From positions 1 to 64,000 of the IMG/VR virus record IMGVR_UViG_3300005253_001115: a stretch of DNA of 64,000 nt; one strand, given 5' to 3'. The stretch's first letter is position 1; every line of letters starts with the position of its first letter. The position numbers were made by a program, and so were the translations under genes. Below, one piece after another: positions 52,311 through 63,104 of this stretch. The notes beneath the pieces are model-generated. The model saw nothing but the letters and a program-made list of their open reading frames with translations, made no database searches and was not told the origin of the DNA.

Positions 52311-53290
52311 TGCAACCGAAACACTACAAATTTGAAAATTTGGAATCTTCCCTCAGCACCAAGATGTTCGAGGATCACTGGAAGCTCTATGAGCGAGCAG
52401 TGGAGAGCCTGAATGAGACCATGACAAAGCTATCCAACCCGTATGACCCGGAGCGCCTCCGCTCTGCCTCTACGGCTTCTGGTGAATGGCGCGACATCGA
52501 GAACGACAAGACAAGCCTGTCGAACTCTGCAATGCTTCACGAGCTATTCTTCGAGAACGTACTCATGCCCCCGCAGAGCGCCCCGATGCCTGCCGGACCT
52601 ATGTTCACCTCGTTGGTACAGTCTGAGTTCCCTCACGTCAAGGCTACTGATTTCTGGTCGCATGTCATCAAGCCCACAGCTAAGGCTGCTCGCGGCTGGT
52701 GCATTGTTGGCTGGGATACGGTGAACTCCAAGATGGACGTTACCATGATGGACGGGGACTTCGGTCCGTGTCTCGTGGGCCTGTACCCCATTTTGGTGAT
52801 AGACACCTCCGAGCACGCTTATGCACCGCAGTATGGCATTGACAAGGGCACGTACCTTGAGCATATCGCCAAAAGCATCAACTGGAGCATCATTGAGCAC
52901 CGTGTCGGTGTCATCCACAGCGCCTCTGAGCTGATGCGAACAGCTATCCCCGAGCAGGCCGAAGACTACGTTCGAGACATGCTGGAAGAGCAGAAGGACG
53001 ATTTCGGGTTCCCGGACAAAGAGTCCTACAACGAACAGGGCCTACCGCCCGCAGTCGGGCTGGATTCGCGAAACGAGAAGTCTATTTCACCCAATCCCCG
53101 AGTTCAGAGTTCTGTAGCAGACGGCCAGGGTGGCGTAACGTTGGCTGACCTAGAAGCAGCTAGGGACAGGATTAAGGCACTTGCCAAAGTAACCTTCAGA
53201 TCCGAAGACTCCATGTATGACGAGGAAGTACGCGGGAAAAGCGCGGACTTTCGGGAGGCTCTATGGGACAGGCTTCGAGAGGAAGAGTAA
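52310..53290 (+). CDS. Fe/Mn superoxide dismutase-like protein with C-terminal extension
   Basis: EDHWKLY, LHELFFEN, RGW, IDTSEHAYAPQY (four metal ligands present). Confidence 0.8.
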   Translation: MQPKHYKFENLESSLSTKMFEDHWKLYERAVESLNETMTKLSNPYDPERLRSASTASGEWRDIENDKTSLSNSAMLHELFFENVLMPPQSAPMPAGPMFTSLVQSEFPHVKATDFWSHVIKPTAKAARGWCIVGWDTVNSKMDVTMMDGDFGPCLVGLYPILVIDTSEHAYAPQYGIDKGTYLEHIAKSINWSIIEHRVGVIHSASELMRTAIPEQAEDYVRDMLEEQKDDFGFPDKESYNEQGLPPAVGLDSRNEKSISPNPRVQSSVADGQGGVTLADLEAARDRIKALAKVTFRSEDSMYDEEVRGKSADFREALWDRLREEE

Positions 53291-54238
53291 ATGAGCAATC
53301 AATCAGACATCAGGAAAATTACGGAATTGGCTGGCGCAGCTATCGTTCTCGGGTTTGCAGAAGATATTGTAACCCTGAATGAGGTTCTGGCTTTTGATAT
53401 GCGGTTCAATCTCCGACACCCCAAGCTGGCAGCTATCTACATGCTTGAAATCCCCATCAATGGGTGCAACTTCGAGGTCGTAAAGCGAGATGGTCAGCGT
53501 TACCACGTAGGCGGTGACATCGCTGGCAAGATTCTTGGCGAAGAGAAGGCATACATGGGCACGCTGGAGAATGTAGCGACGCAGGCCAAGGAGCAGTCCG
53601 GCCTCATAAAGCAGTTCTGCCGCAAGTGTGACCTGTTTAACCAGCTCTATCCCCAGGAAGCGCTGGAGCAGGCACAGAAGGATCGGGCTAAGGCTATGGA
53701 GGAGCAGTATCTTCAGCAGGCAGGAGGAGTCCTGTCCCGTCTAGCGAAGGCCGATAAGAAGCTCCCAGAAATGCCCGTCAACCCGGCCAAGCCGTCTCCG
53801 GTTTCGGCTGCTGTGGCGGACCGTCTTCGCTCGAAGCTCCGAACGAACTGTGAGATCCAGTACACTGTAGCACAGACTCACCTGGGAAAGTGGCTAGATT
53901 TTCTTCGTAGCAAGCGTGGCCAGGTTCTCAGCAAGACCGAGAATTTCCGGGATTCTGATCCCACGGGTACCCTGAAGTTCGAGGCCGTAGGTGGCAAGCT
54001 GGTGCTGTCCCGAGAAGGAGAAAAACTGGGAGAGTGGGATGATTACGCCGAGGCGTACAAATTCATGCGATTGGGAGCCAATACGCTCCCGAATATCATG
54101 CTCCCTCTGACGGATGAGTCCTACGAGAGGACGATCTCCAGTATCCCTGTAGAGGAAGACATGCTGCGGCAGGCCATTGGAACCCAGGTTACCGAGAAAA
54201 TCTGCACAGCTTCTCTGTGGGAAAGGCTGAATTCGTAG
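53291..54238 (+). CDS. hypothetical protein
   Basis: 315 aa in head module. Confidence 0.7.
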   Translation: MSNQSDIRKITELAGAAIVLGFAEDIVTLNEVLAFDMRFNLRHPKLAAIYMLEIPINGCNFEVVKRDGQRYHVGGDIAGKILGEEKAYMGTLENVATQAKEQSGLIKQFCRKCDLFNQLYPQEALEQAQKDRAKAMEEQYLQQAGGVLSRLAKADKKLPEMPVNPAKPSPVSAAVADRLRSKLRTNCEIQYTVAQTHLGKWLDFLRSKRGQVLSKTENFRDSDPTGTLKFEAVGGKLVLSREGEKLGEWDDYAEAYKFMRLGANTLPNIMLPLTDESYERTISSIPVEEDMLRQAIGTQVTEKICTASLWERLNS

Positions 54239-54273
54239 CTTATATTCTAAGTACCAGCCGCTAGGGGGGGAAA

Positions 54274-55014
54274 ATGGCAGATAACGAGCCCACTATCGTA
54301 CACGGTTCGGTCGTTACGGCCGAATCTAGTATCGAAGCCCACAAGAAGTCATACCAGTATGACAAGGGACGTGGCGTTACGGCTAGTGTTCTTCAAGGTA
54401 AGGAAATCTCCAGTAACTTCAAGCGAGACATTGACGTGTCTTGGCTTCAGGCTGCGGCGGACACCTACCGGATCAGTGGTGACATCAATGATTACGTCAT
54501 TGTAGACATTCCGTCGGTAACGATTGACATCCCGAATCGAAATCTCCAGGCGTTCCCATACGAAGAGGTTTCATTTTTCGACAACATGCAGGGTTCGCTA
54601 GTGTATCAGACGTTCACTGGACGCCCGACGCACGTTGACCATCAGAATTCTGACCCCCTTGAGGCTAAGGGCGTCCATTTTGACTCTACCCTCCAGTTCG
54701 TTCCTGCATACAACGTATGGAAGATTAGGACTCTTGCTGGTTTCGACCGCACAAAGGACCAGAAGCTTGTATCCGACATCTTGACTGGTCGCCGAAATGG
54801 CTACTCGATGGGTGCGCTGGTACAGAACTTCGTGTGCTCCAACTGTGGCGAGGTCGAGGTCATCAAGAAGCCTTGCCGGTGCATGGCTATGGGCAAAGGC
54901 TCTATCGTGGATGGTCGCCTTGTATATCAGCTTTGCGCCGGAGTACAGTTCTTTGAGCAGTCCTCAGTAGAGGACCCGGCAGACCCTACGGCCGTGACAG
55001 ACTCGGTTAGGTAA
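54274..55014 (+). CDS. putative prohead protease
   Basis: VDHQN, GYSMG, CSNC, FFEQSSVEDPAD; lies between portal and scaffold. Confidence 0.65.
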   Translation: MADNEPTIVHGSVVTAESSIEAHKKSYQYDKGRGVTASVLQGKEISSNFKRDIDVSWLQAAADTYRISGDINDYVIVDIPSVTIDIPNRNLQAFPYEEVSFFDNMQGSLVYQTFTGRPTHVDHQNSDPLEAKGVHFDSTLQFVPAYNVWKIRTLAGFDRTKDQKLVSDILTGRRNGYSMGALVQNFVCSNCGEVEVIKKPCRCMAMGKGSIVDGRLVYQLCAGVQFFEQSSVEDPADPTAVTDSVR

Positions 55015-55018
55015 CGAT

Positions 55019-55786
55019 ATGCCGTGGCAAAGTAAAAAGCAGCAGCGGTGGGGACATAGCCCCGCAGGCAAGAAAGAACTGTCCAAGAAGGAAATCAAGG
55101 AATTTGATGACGCTACGGATTTCGATTCCCTGAAGGATGAGGCTACTGGGGGTAAGGGACCTACACGACGACAAGGAAGCGGACAGAAGACGCCGGAGTC
55201 TGTAAAGAATCTGCGGCGATCTAGTCGCGAGATCCACAAGGACGTAAACCAGAACAGTGCTGGCCCCCAGACCTCCAAGAAGGGCGACAGGGGTTATAAC
55301 CGCAAGCAGAAGCACAAGAATAGTGACGACGAGACGATTAGCGAGGAGCTTACAATGGTGGATGAGACATATCGTGGCGTAGGTTTCCCGATGGCTGAGA
55401 CACTGAGCTGGAAGACCTCTGCGCGCAGGGGCAGCGGAACTTCTTCGGCTGGCGACGACGACGAAACCCCGGTAGTTGACACACCCGGTTTCCCGCCTAC
55501 CAAGGAAGGTGGCGGCGATGTTCCCGACGATGGGGCGGCGTGGGGCTCTTCAATAGCAGCAGACCTTACATGGTCCACACACAAGTCTGAGACATTCAAC
55601 GACGACGGTGAAAAGGGCGGTGTGTCATCCTGGGGCCTGAAATCCATTATCGACCGTGGCGTCAAGACCCACGAGAAGCCCTCTGGGGCAAAGCGTATTG
55701 AAGACGCCGAGAACCAGACTACGAAGCGCGAAATTCCGGGAAAGCAGTTCAAGTCCTACTCGATGGTTGGAGCGTTTTACTGGTAA
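55019..55786 (+). CDS. hydrophilic low-complexity protein
   Basis: MPWQSKKQQRW N-terminus. Confidence 0.65.
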   Translation: MPWQSKKQQRWGHSPAGKKELSKKEIKEFDDATDFDSLKDEATGGKGPTRRQGSGQKTPESVKNLRRSSREIHKDVNQNSAGPQTSKKGDRGYNRKQKHKNSDDETISEELTMVDETYRGVGFPMAETLSWKTSARRGSGTSSAGDDDETPVVDTPGFPPTKEGGGDVPDDGAAWGSSIAADLTWSTHKSETFNDDGEKGGVSSWGLKSIIDRGVKTHEKPSGAKRIEDAENQTTKREIPGKQFKSYSMVGAFYW

Positions 55787-56496
55787 TGAGTGAAGAGAAG
55801 CCTTACGGGATTGTTTACGTGCTGACTTCGCCTAGCGGGAAGCAGTACGTGGGCCAGACAGTCAAAACTTTGAAGCACCGTCTCCGAAAACATAGATCCC
55901 TAGCAGAAGGTAGGTTTCAAAATTCAGCTATTGCTGGGGCTGTTAGGAAGTACGGTATAGACGCTTTTGAAAGTTGTGTAATAGCAATAGCATCTTCGCA
56001 AAGGGAGTTAGACGCTCTAGAGATTCGCCATATTGCAGAACAGGGTACTATTGCTCCCAATGGTTATAATCTTCTCGCTGGCGGCTCTGGTGGTCGTGTG
56101 CATCATAAAGACACGAGAGAAAAGCTTAGAAAGGCTGCCACAGGTAGAAAGGCTTCTGACGAAACTAGACGTAAAATGTCTGAGTCCAACAAGGGCGATA
56201 AGAACGGGTTTTACGGAAGGAAACATTCCGAAGAAACAAAATTGAAGATGCGCGTCCACAAAAGAACACCAGAGCACGCAGCTAAACTGGGTTCCGCCAA
56301 AGCAGGTACAGTTCTAACACAGGAACATAAAACCAAAATAGGTGAAGGAATTAGGAAATTTTGGGACGAGAAAGGTAGAAGCCCCCTAAATCACAGCACA
56401 TACGCAGGGTACCGAAAGGGCTGCAAATGCCGTCCCTGCCTAGACGCTAATTCTTCTTACCACAAAGCACGGAGAGAGCGAAAGCTCGCTGAGTAA
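55786..56496 (+). CDS. GIY-YIG homing endonuclease with NUMOD3 repeats
   Basis: GIVYV...YVGQT, GYNL, HSEETKLKM repeats. Confidence 0.9.
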   Translation: MSEEKPYGIVYVLTSPSGKQYVGQTVKTLKHRLRKHRSLAEGRFQNSAIAGAVRKYGIDAFESCVIAIASSQRELDALEIRHIAEQGTIAPNGYNLLAGGSGGRVHHKDTREKLRKAATGRKASDETRRKMSESNKGDKNGFYGRKHSEETKLKMRVHKRTPEHAAKLGSAKAGTVLTQEHKTKIGEGIRKFWDEKGRSPLNHSTYAGYRKGCKCRPCLDANSSYHKARRERKLAE

Positions 56497-56497
56497 T

Positions 56498-57388
56498 ATG
56501 GACAACAAAACGCTAGCACACAGATTGAACTGGAAGGTTCTTGGTTACGGACATGGCGGGTATCATTATAACCCACATGTGTGTATAGCACAAGGGTCTT
56601 TAGTGTACACACCAGAAGGAACAATTTCTATCGAAGAATGCGTTCCCGGAATGCTTGTTTTTCAGTGTGATGAAGAGCGAATGTGTCTCAGCACCACGAC
56701 AGTTAGAACAGTGTACAGTCACGGCATTCAGTCAGTATTTCGTGTCATTTCTGAGACGGGAGACGAGATTACAGCTACAGTAGACCACAAGTTTTTGTTT
56801 GAAAATGGCTGGTTGTCCTTGAAAGAAGCCGTGGGCCTAACGGACGATGAGTTTCCTCACGCCACTAAATACCCGAAATTCCAGATGTTGTCGGCGAGGG
56901 GGGACATTGTTGTCACGAAGATGATTAGCGTGGAATTTGTAGGAAACGTCCCTGTTTATGATATTGAGGTGGAGTCAGAGTACCATAATTTCATCTGTGA
57001 AGGTTATGTGACTCACAATTCAAAGCCCGTAGCCCTCGAACCCATTGGTGAGGAAGGCGGATATTCATATTTCGGTCCGCCCCCAGATGGCGGCTTCAGT
57101 TACGGATTATTTTCCGACGGCGAAAACACCATAGCTTCACAGATGGCCCTAGAGGTATTCAGCCCTCATAATGGGAAGCTCATGAAGTACCGGGGACCCG
57201 TCCCTTTTGAGGAAGTGCAGAAGGCAATGAGCGGCTCTAAGTTCGCGAATTTGCTGCATTCTTGCGGAACCTGCTCATCCTCCTACGTAACATCTTCCGA
57301 TCACGCCCAGAACTGCCACTGCCCATCCTGCGGGACATTGAGTGACTATGGCAGTGCCTTGATGCGCGGTCGTAAAAACAGACGATAA
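56498..57388 (+). CDS. intein-containing hypothetical protein
   Basis: Hint domain between short exteins; C-terminal CGTC...CPSC. Confidence 0.8.
   Translation: MDNKTLAHRLNWKVLGYGHGGYHYNPHVCIAQGSLVYTPEGTISIEECVPGMLVFQCDEERMCLSTTTVRTVYSHGIQSVFRVISETGDEITATVDHKFLFENGWLSLKEAVGLTDDEFPHATKYPKFQMLSARGDIVVTKMISVEFVGNVPVYDIEVESEYHNFICEGYVTHNSKPVALEPIGEEGGYSYFGPPPDGGFSYGLFSDGENTIASQMALEVFSPHNGKLMKYRGPVPFEEVQKAMSGSKFANLLHSCGTCSSSYVTSSDHAQNCHCPSCGTLSDYGSALMRGRKNRR
56582..57019 (+). mobile_element. mini-intein (146 aa)
   Basis: C1 (CIAQGSLV), block B TVDHKF, block F VYDIEV, terminal HN followed by Ser+1. Confidence 0.9.
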
Positions 57389-57537
57389 TTTACCCTTTTT
57401 GGGTGCTTATCTATAATAGAGCAGCAAAGCCCGCCTGCTATGACAAAGGCTCGGGTGTGGGTCCATTGATTCCTCATCTGAAAACGCAAAGCGATCCCGA
57501 GCCCAGAGAACTAAGTTCTAAAAAGAGGAAAAACACA

Positions 57538-59985
57538 ATGGCTTCAGAAAGAATGAATTTGAACAAGATTCGAAAGGCCCTCGGCAAGCAGGTAGTTGCT
57601 GGTGATCCGGGCGCGCTAGACCCCGCAGTCGGTCCCGGCGGCGGCACACACAACACTGATATCGAGATTGCAGATGACGTGGTAAAGCTGGTTGACACCA
57701 ACTCTCCTAGCACGCCTGATCTCGAAACTCGCGCCTACGAAGGTGGCACAGAGGATGACGGCTCTGCCGACACCCCGCCCTACGACGGCGACGCCTCTGT
57801 AGACGGCAACCCCGTGATTCCCGACACGATGGCAGCAACCGGCGGACGTGGCAACACGAAGCTTGGTGGCCCCATTGGCGGTGAGCCTCAGGGTGTAAAT
57901 GAAGATGCAAACGCCATCGAAGCTCAGGAAGATGCTGACGCAGGCGACGCACAAAAGAATAGTGGCGGCGGCGGACCGAGCGTTCAGCTTCCCGATACTC
58001 TGGAGGACGACCTTTCCGTGGCTCCCAACGACCCTCACGCTTCTGTACAGGCTCTCACGACCGACGACATCGCTGACCTCCGCAAGATCGTGGCGGAAGA
58101 TGCCGAGTCCAACGTCGCGAAGGCAGTCAAGGCCCTCCAGTGGCTTGACCGCAACCCTAACCACGCACAGCGACAGCAGGTTCGCGCTGGCATCGACGCC
58201 TGGAAGCCCCGCCCCGAGATCGCTCGCGAAGCTCAGGCCCGATATGGCTTTGCATTCCTGCACACCGAAGCTGCTGCTGCTCCAGAGAGCGCAGATTACA
58301 CCCGCAAGGTTCTATCCTGGCTCAAGAAGTTTGTGACTGCTCGCAAGATCACGATCGCTTCTGAGTTCCTCAAGAGCAAGGACGCCCAGGCCGAACCCAA
58401 GCTTGCTTCTCAGATTCAGTCTTGGTTGGTTAAAGCTGTGGATCAGGTTCGTGAGAACAGAGAAGATGTTGGCATTGATGACATCACCCTTTACGGTCCC
58501 CAGAACGACTCCCCATCCCACAAGCCTGCCGCTTCTGACGATGGTTTCGATGAGCCCAAGGTTGTGAGCCTAGACGACGTTCCGTTCCTCGACCCCGAGC
58601 GCCATCCTGCACAGGCTGGTTCTGAGGTTGACGAGCAGTCCGGCACTCCGGCACAAGACGGAAACGCTGTAGATGGCGACTCTTTCGACGCCAAGGGCCA
58701 CGATCGCGCCAAGGAGAGCAATCTCCCGACCGCCGGTCACAAGGCTACGGCAATGCCCCCGACGGACCCGATGGCTCAGCCCCCGGCTCCGGTAGAGGCT
58801 CCCCCGGTTCCCGGAATGCCTGACCCGATGGCTGACCCGCTTGGAATGCCCCCGGCTCCCGGAATGAACCCGATGGCTGACCCGATGGCTATGGACCCGA
58901 TGGCTATGGACCCGATGGCTATGGACCCGATGGCTATGGAGGCACCGCCCGAGATGCCCATGGGTGACGAGATGATTCCTGGGATTCCCCCGGTTCTGCC
59001 CGAAGGCGAGCCTGAGCTTCCGATGGAAGGAATGGGCGGTGAGATGGGTGGCGGCGGAATGCCGATGGCCCCAGCCGCTGGCCCTGACGCCGGTATGGAA
59101 CAATCCCTTGAAGAGTGGCTACAGCAAGAGCTTATGGCCCCGGAGGTAGGTATGGACCCCGCCCAGTCCGCTCATGTTGAAATGCTCTCGAACTTCGAGG
59201 ACATCGGAATCGTCGCCGCAGAGGACGTAGTAATGTCCCTCTACAACGCCGATCAGGAAAACCCGCACTGGAACATCGACATTAACGGTCGCCCCGTTGC
59301 CCGCGTCGAGCTTGCTGCTCAGCCGAAGCCTGAGGAGGTCCGTTCGACGTTCCTCTCCGGTCCCTACGCTGAGAACATTGCTCAGGCGATGGCCAAGGTC
59401 GGCGTTGTTGACGTTCTGAGTGCAATCAACGCAAAGCCTTACGCTGCGAAGATTGAGGTTGGTAAGTTGGCCAAGAAGATCCGAGCCAAGGTTGAGGAAG
59501 AGATGGAAGAGAAGCTGGCTGAAGCAGTCGGTACCCTCCGAGATCGTTTCCTTACCGCCGCACGAATCGCCCTCGCCGGTTACAACAACAACTTCTTCCG
59601 TGGCGAAGATCATCAGCTCAAGGCTGCGATCTGGAGCGAGCTTGGACGCATTGGTGTCCGGGACGCTGCTGGCCTCATTGAGGCTAGTTTCGATGAGGGG
59701 TCCGTACCCTTCTTCGAGTCGGTCATGGCGAAGGCTGAAGAACTCATGGACCTGCCCGACGAAGCGCGTGACGCAATCGCCAAGGCAATCCCTGAGAGCA
59801 ACTCCCTTGTGGAGGCAGGTGCCTCGACTGGGAACAACCTGCCCATGCACGAAGACATGGCATCACAGCTCGAAGCGGGAAATATGCCGTTCACGAACCC
59901 GGCAGCGCCGGTCGTGGCATCCCGAGGCGACGTGACTGCCGGTCTCCGAAAGCGGGTACGATTGTCAACATTCCGGTCCAGCTAA
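57538..59985 (+). CDS. putative capsid scaffolding/core protein
   Basis: Acidic, Pro/Met-rich, upstream of capsid genes. Confidence 0.6.
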   Translation: MASERMNLNKIRKALGKQVVAGDPGALDPAVGPGGGTHNTDIEIADDVVKLVDTNSPSTPDLETRAYEGGTEDDGSADTPPYDGDASVDGNPVIPDTMAATGGRGNTKLGGPIGGEPQGVNEDANAIEAQEDADAGDAQKNSGGGGPSVQLPDTLEDDLSVAPNDPHASVQALTTDDIADLRKIVAEDAESNVAKAVKALQWLDRNPNHAQRQQVRAGIDAWKPRPEIAREAQARYGFAFLHTEAAAAPESADYTRKVLSWLKKFVTARKITIASEFLKSKDAQAEPKLASQIQSWLVKAVDQVRENREDVGIDDITLYGPQNDSPSHKPAASDDGFDEPKVVSLDDVPFLDPERHPAQAGSEVDEQSGTPAQDGNAVDGDSFDAKGHDRAKESNLPTAGHKATAMPPTDPMAQPPAPVEAPPVPGMPDPMADPLGMPPAPGMNPMADPMAMDPMAMDPMAMDPMAMEAPPEMPMGDEMIPGIPPVLPEGEPELPMEGMGGEMGGGGMPMAPAAGPDAGMEQSLEEWLQQELMAPEVGMDPAQSAHVEMLSNFEDIGIVAAEDVVMSLYNADQENPHWNIDINGRPVARVELAAQPKPEEVRSTFLSGPYAENIAQAMAKVGVVDVLSAINAKPYAAKIEVGKLAKKIRAKVEEEMEEKLAEAVGTLRDRFLTAARIALAGYNNNFFRGEDHQLKAAIWSELGRIGVRDAAGLIEASFDEGSVPFFESVMAKAEELMDLPDEARDAIAKAIPESNSLVEAGASTGNNLPMHEDMASQLEAGNMPFTNPAAPVVASRGDVTAGLRKRVRLSTFRSS
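58869..58940 (+). repeat. 15-bp tandem repeat encoding (MDPMA)n
   Basis: atggacccgatggct repeated. Confidence 0.85.
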
Positions 59986-60017
59986 GCTAGACCACAAGGA
60001 TAAAAGGAAATTAAATC

Positions 60018-60770
60018 ATGGGATACGATCTAAAACGATCTCACTTCAGCCTAGTGCTGGAGAAAGTAGTTCAGGCTGGTCAGGTTATCACGGAAGAGGG
60101 TGTACTGCTCTATGCCGCTCTTGACGCTGCCACGGGTACGGAAGTTGTTCTTCCGTCCGACGAGAGCGCAGGGGTTATCGCAGGCTTTGCCATTCGCGAC
60201 AACGCTGACCACGCCACCACGTCCGAAGTAGAGAGCATCACGGTTCCGGCCAGCGCTCCCTATCAGGTTCAGCTTCGCAACAACAACCTTGTTGCATCCA
60301 CCCCGGCTGACGGTTCGACGGCGCAGCTATCGGCTATTCTGGACGATGGTACTACCCAGATGACCAACGCAAATGATAGCTCTGGTGGAGCTAACTCCGT
60401 TGGTGTCGATGACGTGACTGGTCTTCTGGACTTCGACGTGGCTCGTGCTGGTGAAACTATCGTGGTGACCTATCGGTACAACCTCACGGTTGCTGAGAGC
60501 CGCCTCAAGTTCTTCCAGCGCAACATCAATAACGAGGCTTCCACCCTGTTCGGTCAGGTTGGTGTCGGTATGGGACACGGTGAGATCTTCACCGACCAGT
60601 TCGACGCTACCGTCGAATGGAGCACTAGCCCGACCATTGCGTCCGGTGCAGGTGGTACTCTTACCGTAGGCGGTTCCGGTGCTGTTCTTGACGCTCGCGT
60701 CATCAGCGTGCCGAACGTGAACAACCCGCTTCTCGGAGTCAGCTTCGACATCGGCGGCTCTGTCGCGTAA
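60018..60770 (+). CDS. putative head decoration/minor capsid protein
   Basis: Between scaffold and MCP; beta-rich. Confidence 0.55.
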   Translation: MGYDLKRSHFSLVLEKVVQAGQVITEEGVLLYAALDAATGTEVVLPSDESAGVIAGFAIRDNADHATTSEVESITVPASAPYQVQLRNNNLVASTPADGSTAQLSAILDDGTTQMTNANDSSGGANSVGVDDVTGLLDFDVARAGETIVVTYRYNLTVAESRLKFFQRNINNEASTLFGQVGVGMGHGEIFTDQFDATVEWSTSPTIASGAGGTLTVGGSGAVLDARVISVPNVNNPLLGVSFDIGGSVA

Positions 60771-60934
60771 GTCGTAGTGTAGCAATATAGCGGGACGGTC
60801 GGAAGGCCGTTCCGCTTGATACACCCTTACCTCCCCTGAGCGGGGGAGGCTGATTTATCTCGGATTATTTGAACGCTCACGGTGTAAAGAAATTTCAGAC
60901 TTACTAACTCTTGGACTACTATAGGAGAAAACAA

Positions 60935-62068
60935 ATGTCTAAGAACCCCTATCTAGCTCGCCCGGCATACGTCGGACGCAACGGGGATGCGCTCGTAGAT
61001 GGTGGCCATAAAGCTGGCCGCGTTTCGCGAGCAGGCACCGTGATTCAGTCAAATACTGAGTCTGCTGTTGCAGGTAATGGCGAGATCAACGCAGGAAGCA
61101 AGCGTGAGCTGATGCAGGCCATCAGTTCGCTACAGCGCGCGGTGTCAGTCGGTGAAGTCCGACAGGCTTCGCAGCAAGAGCAGTACGGCGATGTCGTACA
61201 GGCTCGACGTGAGCTGGTCGAGGCTGCCTACGCCGACAAGAACGGTGAAGGTTGGCAGGTACTCGGCGAGGTAATCGGTGAAGAGATCTGGGAGACCCTA
61301 GGTCGTGAAGGCTTCGCCCGCAAGACTCTTCTCATCAAGCCCCTGGGCAAGGGTGAGACTGGTCGATTGCGCGTCCGCCGCAAGGATGTGATTTCGTTCT
61401 TCGCCACAAGCGATCCGAACGTCATTGCTTCCAGCGTCCGACAGTTCTACATCTACCCGCCCGAGTTCTACTTGATCGCGCACATTACGATCGAGGACAA
61501 GGAGATTGAGCAAGCTTCTGGCGATCTTCTGGACGACAAGTACCAAGACGGTCTTGAGCAGATCATGGTCAACGAGGATAACGTTTGGCGTAACCTCATC
61601 AATGCTGCCGCTGGCGCATCGAATGACCTGTTCCTGTTCAACACCTTCACGCCCACGGTATTCTCCACCATGCGTACACAGATTGCGCGTTGGGGTATCC
61701 CGGTAACTGGTGCGGTCATCGCCTTCGACCTCTGGGACGACATCATTGCTGACACTGAGTTCAGCACTTGGTTCGACCCGGTATCGAAGCACGAGATCGT
61801 TCTTGAAGGTTCCCTCGGCAGCATCCTTGGTGTTAATCTCATCACGGACGCCTTCCGCCACGATACCTTGCAGGTGTTGCAGCCCGGTGAAGTTTACTTC
61901 GTCGGTGCCCCGCAGACCCTCGGTGGTATTACGCAGCGTAAGGAACTCGCCACTGAGAGCATCAACAAGTACAACCAGGGCAAGCCGGAGCGCGGCTGGT
62001 TCATGGAGACCATAGAGGGAATGTCAATTGTGAATTCCCGAGCAGTTACACGCGGTAACCGCGTATAG
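60935..62068 (+). CDS. major capsid protein
   Basis: 377 aa, biased codons, AGGAG RBS, followed by a strong terminator; position in head module. Confidence 0.8.
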   Translation: MSKNPYLARPAYVGRNGDALVDGGHKAGRVSRAGTVIQSNTESAVAGNGEINAGSKRELMQAISSLQRAVSVGEVRQASQQEQYGDVVQARRELVEAAYADKNGEGWQVLGEVIGEEIWETLGREGFARKTLLIKPLGKGETGRLRVRRKDVISFFATSDPNVIASSVRQFYIYPPEFYLIAHITIEDKEIEQASGDLLDDKYQDGLEQIMVNEDNVWRNLINAAAGASNDLFLFNTFTPTVFSTMRTQIARWGIPVTGAVIAFDLWDDIIADTEFSTWFDPVSKHEIVLEGSLGSILGVNLITDAFRHDTLQVLQPGEVYFVGAPQTLGGITQRKELATESINKYNQGKPERGWFMETIEGMSIVNSRAVTRGNRV

Positions 62069-62130
62069 TTGCTGGTCCGTGTAATAACAGTTACGACTGT
62101 AGTTGCACATTCCATTTGGTTCCAAAAGAG

Positions 62131-62162
62131 GAGGCCGGAGGCAGTGCCTCCGGCCTCTTTTT
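62131..62162 (+). terminator. intrinsic terminator after MCP
   Basis: gaggccggaggca/tgcctccggcctc plus T-run. Confidence 0.85.
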
Positions 62163-62186
62163 GTTGCAGTACACTAAAGTAACCTC

Positions 62187-62879
62187 ATGGATGAATTGAA
62201 GTTTTGTAGAGGTTGCTCCCAAGATTTACCAAAGGCCGAGTTTGCCAAGCGTGCAGATCGACCACTAGGTACGTCGAGCCGATGCAAGAAATGTCTCAGT
62301 GCGGACCTCAGGAAGAAGTACCAAGACCCCGAATTCGCAGAGAAGGACATAGCAAGAGCTTCCAAGTGGGCTAAGGACAACCCAGAGAAGCATGTAGCCA
62401 GAACTACAAACTGGAAGAAACAGAACCCGGAAAAAGTGTCCAAGCAGCAAAAGCGCTGGTACGACGACAACAAAGAAAGAGTCAGAGACAACCAGAGAAC
62501 CTACGAGAAAGAGAGATACAACACAGACCCGAACTACATGCTCCGAAAGCGTCTCAGAAGCCGAATGTACGACATTTTCAGGTCTGAGACAAGGAACGGA
62601 AAGAAAGCAGGATCGCACGTAAGAGACCTAGGGTGTTCTATAACACAGCTTATCTCTTACATGGAGGACAAGTTTACACCAGAAATGACCTGGGACAACC
62701 ACGGAGCACTCTGGGAGATAGACCACGTTGTACCGCTGGCCAATTTTGACTTGACGGACAGGAACCAGTTTCTAGAGGCGTGCCACTTTACCAATTTACA
62801 ACCCTTAGGAATTGATGAACACTTGGAAAAGACCACAAGAGAATTGGCGGACACATGCAACCTTTCAACTGGTCAATAA
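62187..62879 (+). CDS. HNH endonuclease-like protein
   Basis: CRGC..CKKC N-terminus; WEIDHVVP...HFTNLQPL. Confidence 0.8.
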   Translation: MDELKFCRGCSQDLPKAEFAKRADRPLGTSSRCKKCLSADLRKKYQDPEFAEKDIARASKWAKDNPEKHVARTTNWKKQNPEKVSKQQKRWYDDNKERVRDNQRTYEKERYNTDPNYMLRKRLRSRMYDIFRSETRNGKKAGSHVRDLGCSITQLISYMEDKFTPEMTWDNHGALWEIDHVVPLANFDLTDRNQFLEACHFTNLQPLGIDEHLEKTTRELADTCNLSTGQ

Positions 62880-63104
62880 AGGCATTCAACTTTGGTTCTA
62901 AAGATGGCTCGTACAAGCTGAGAATTGAGGAAGCAGAAGACAACATTTCTATGGGTGTAGAGATGTTGAAAAGGGTCAAGCAGTCGGGTGCGCCCGAGGC
63001 TACCTCTGAGCAGATTGAACAGATAGCAGGTGAACTTAGTTCTACCTTAGACAAACTTCGCCAACTACGTACCAACATGAAATCCATGATATAGGAGACC
63101 CAGA

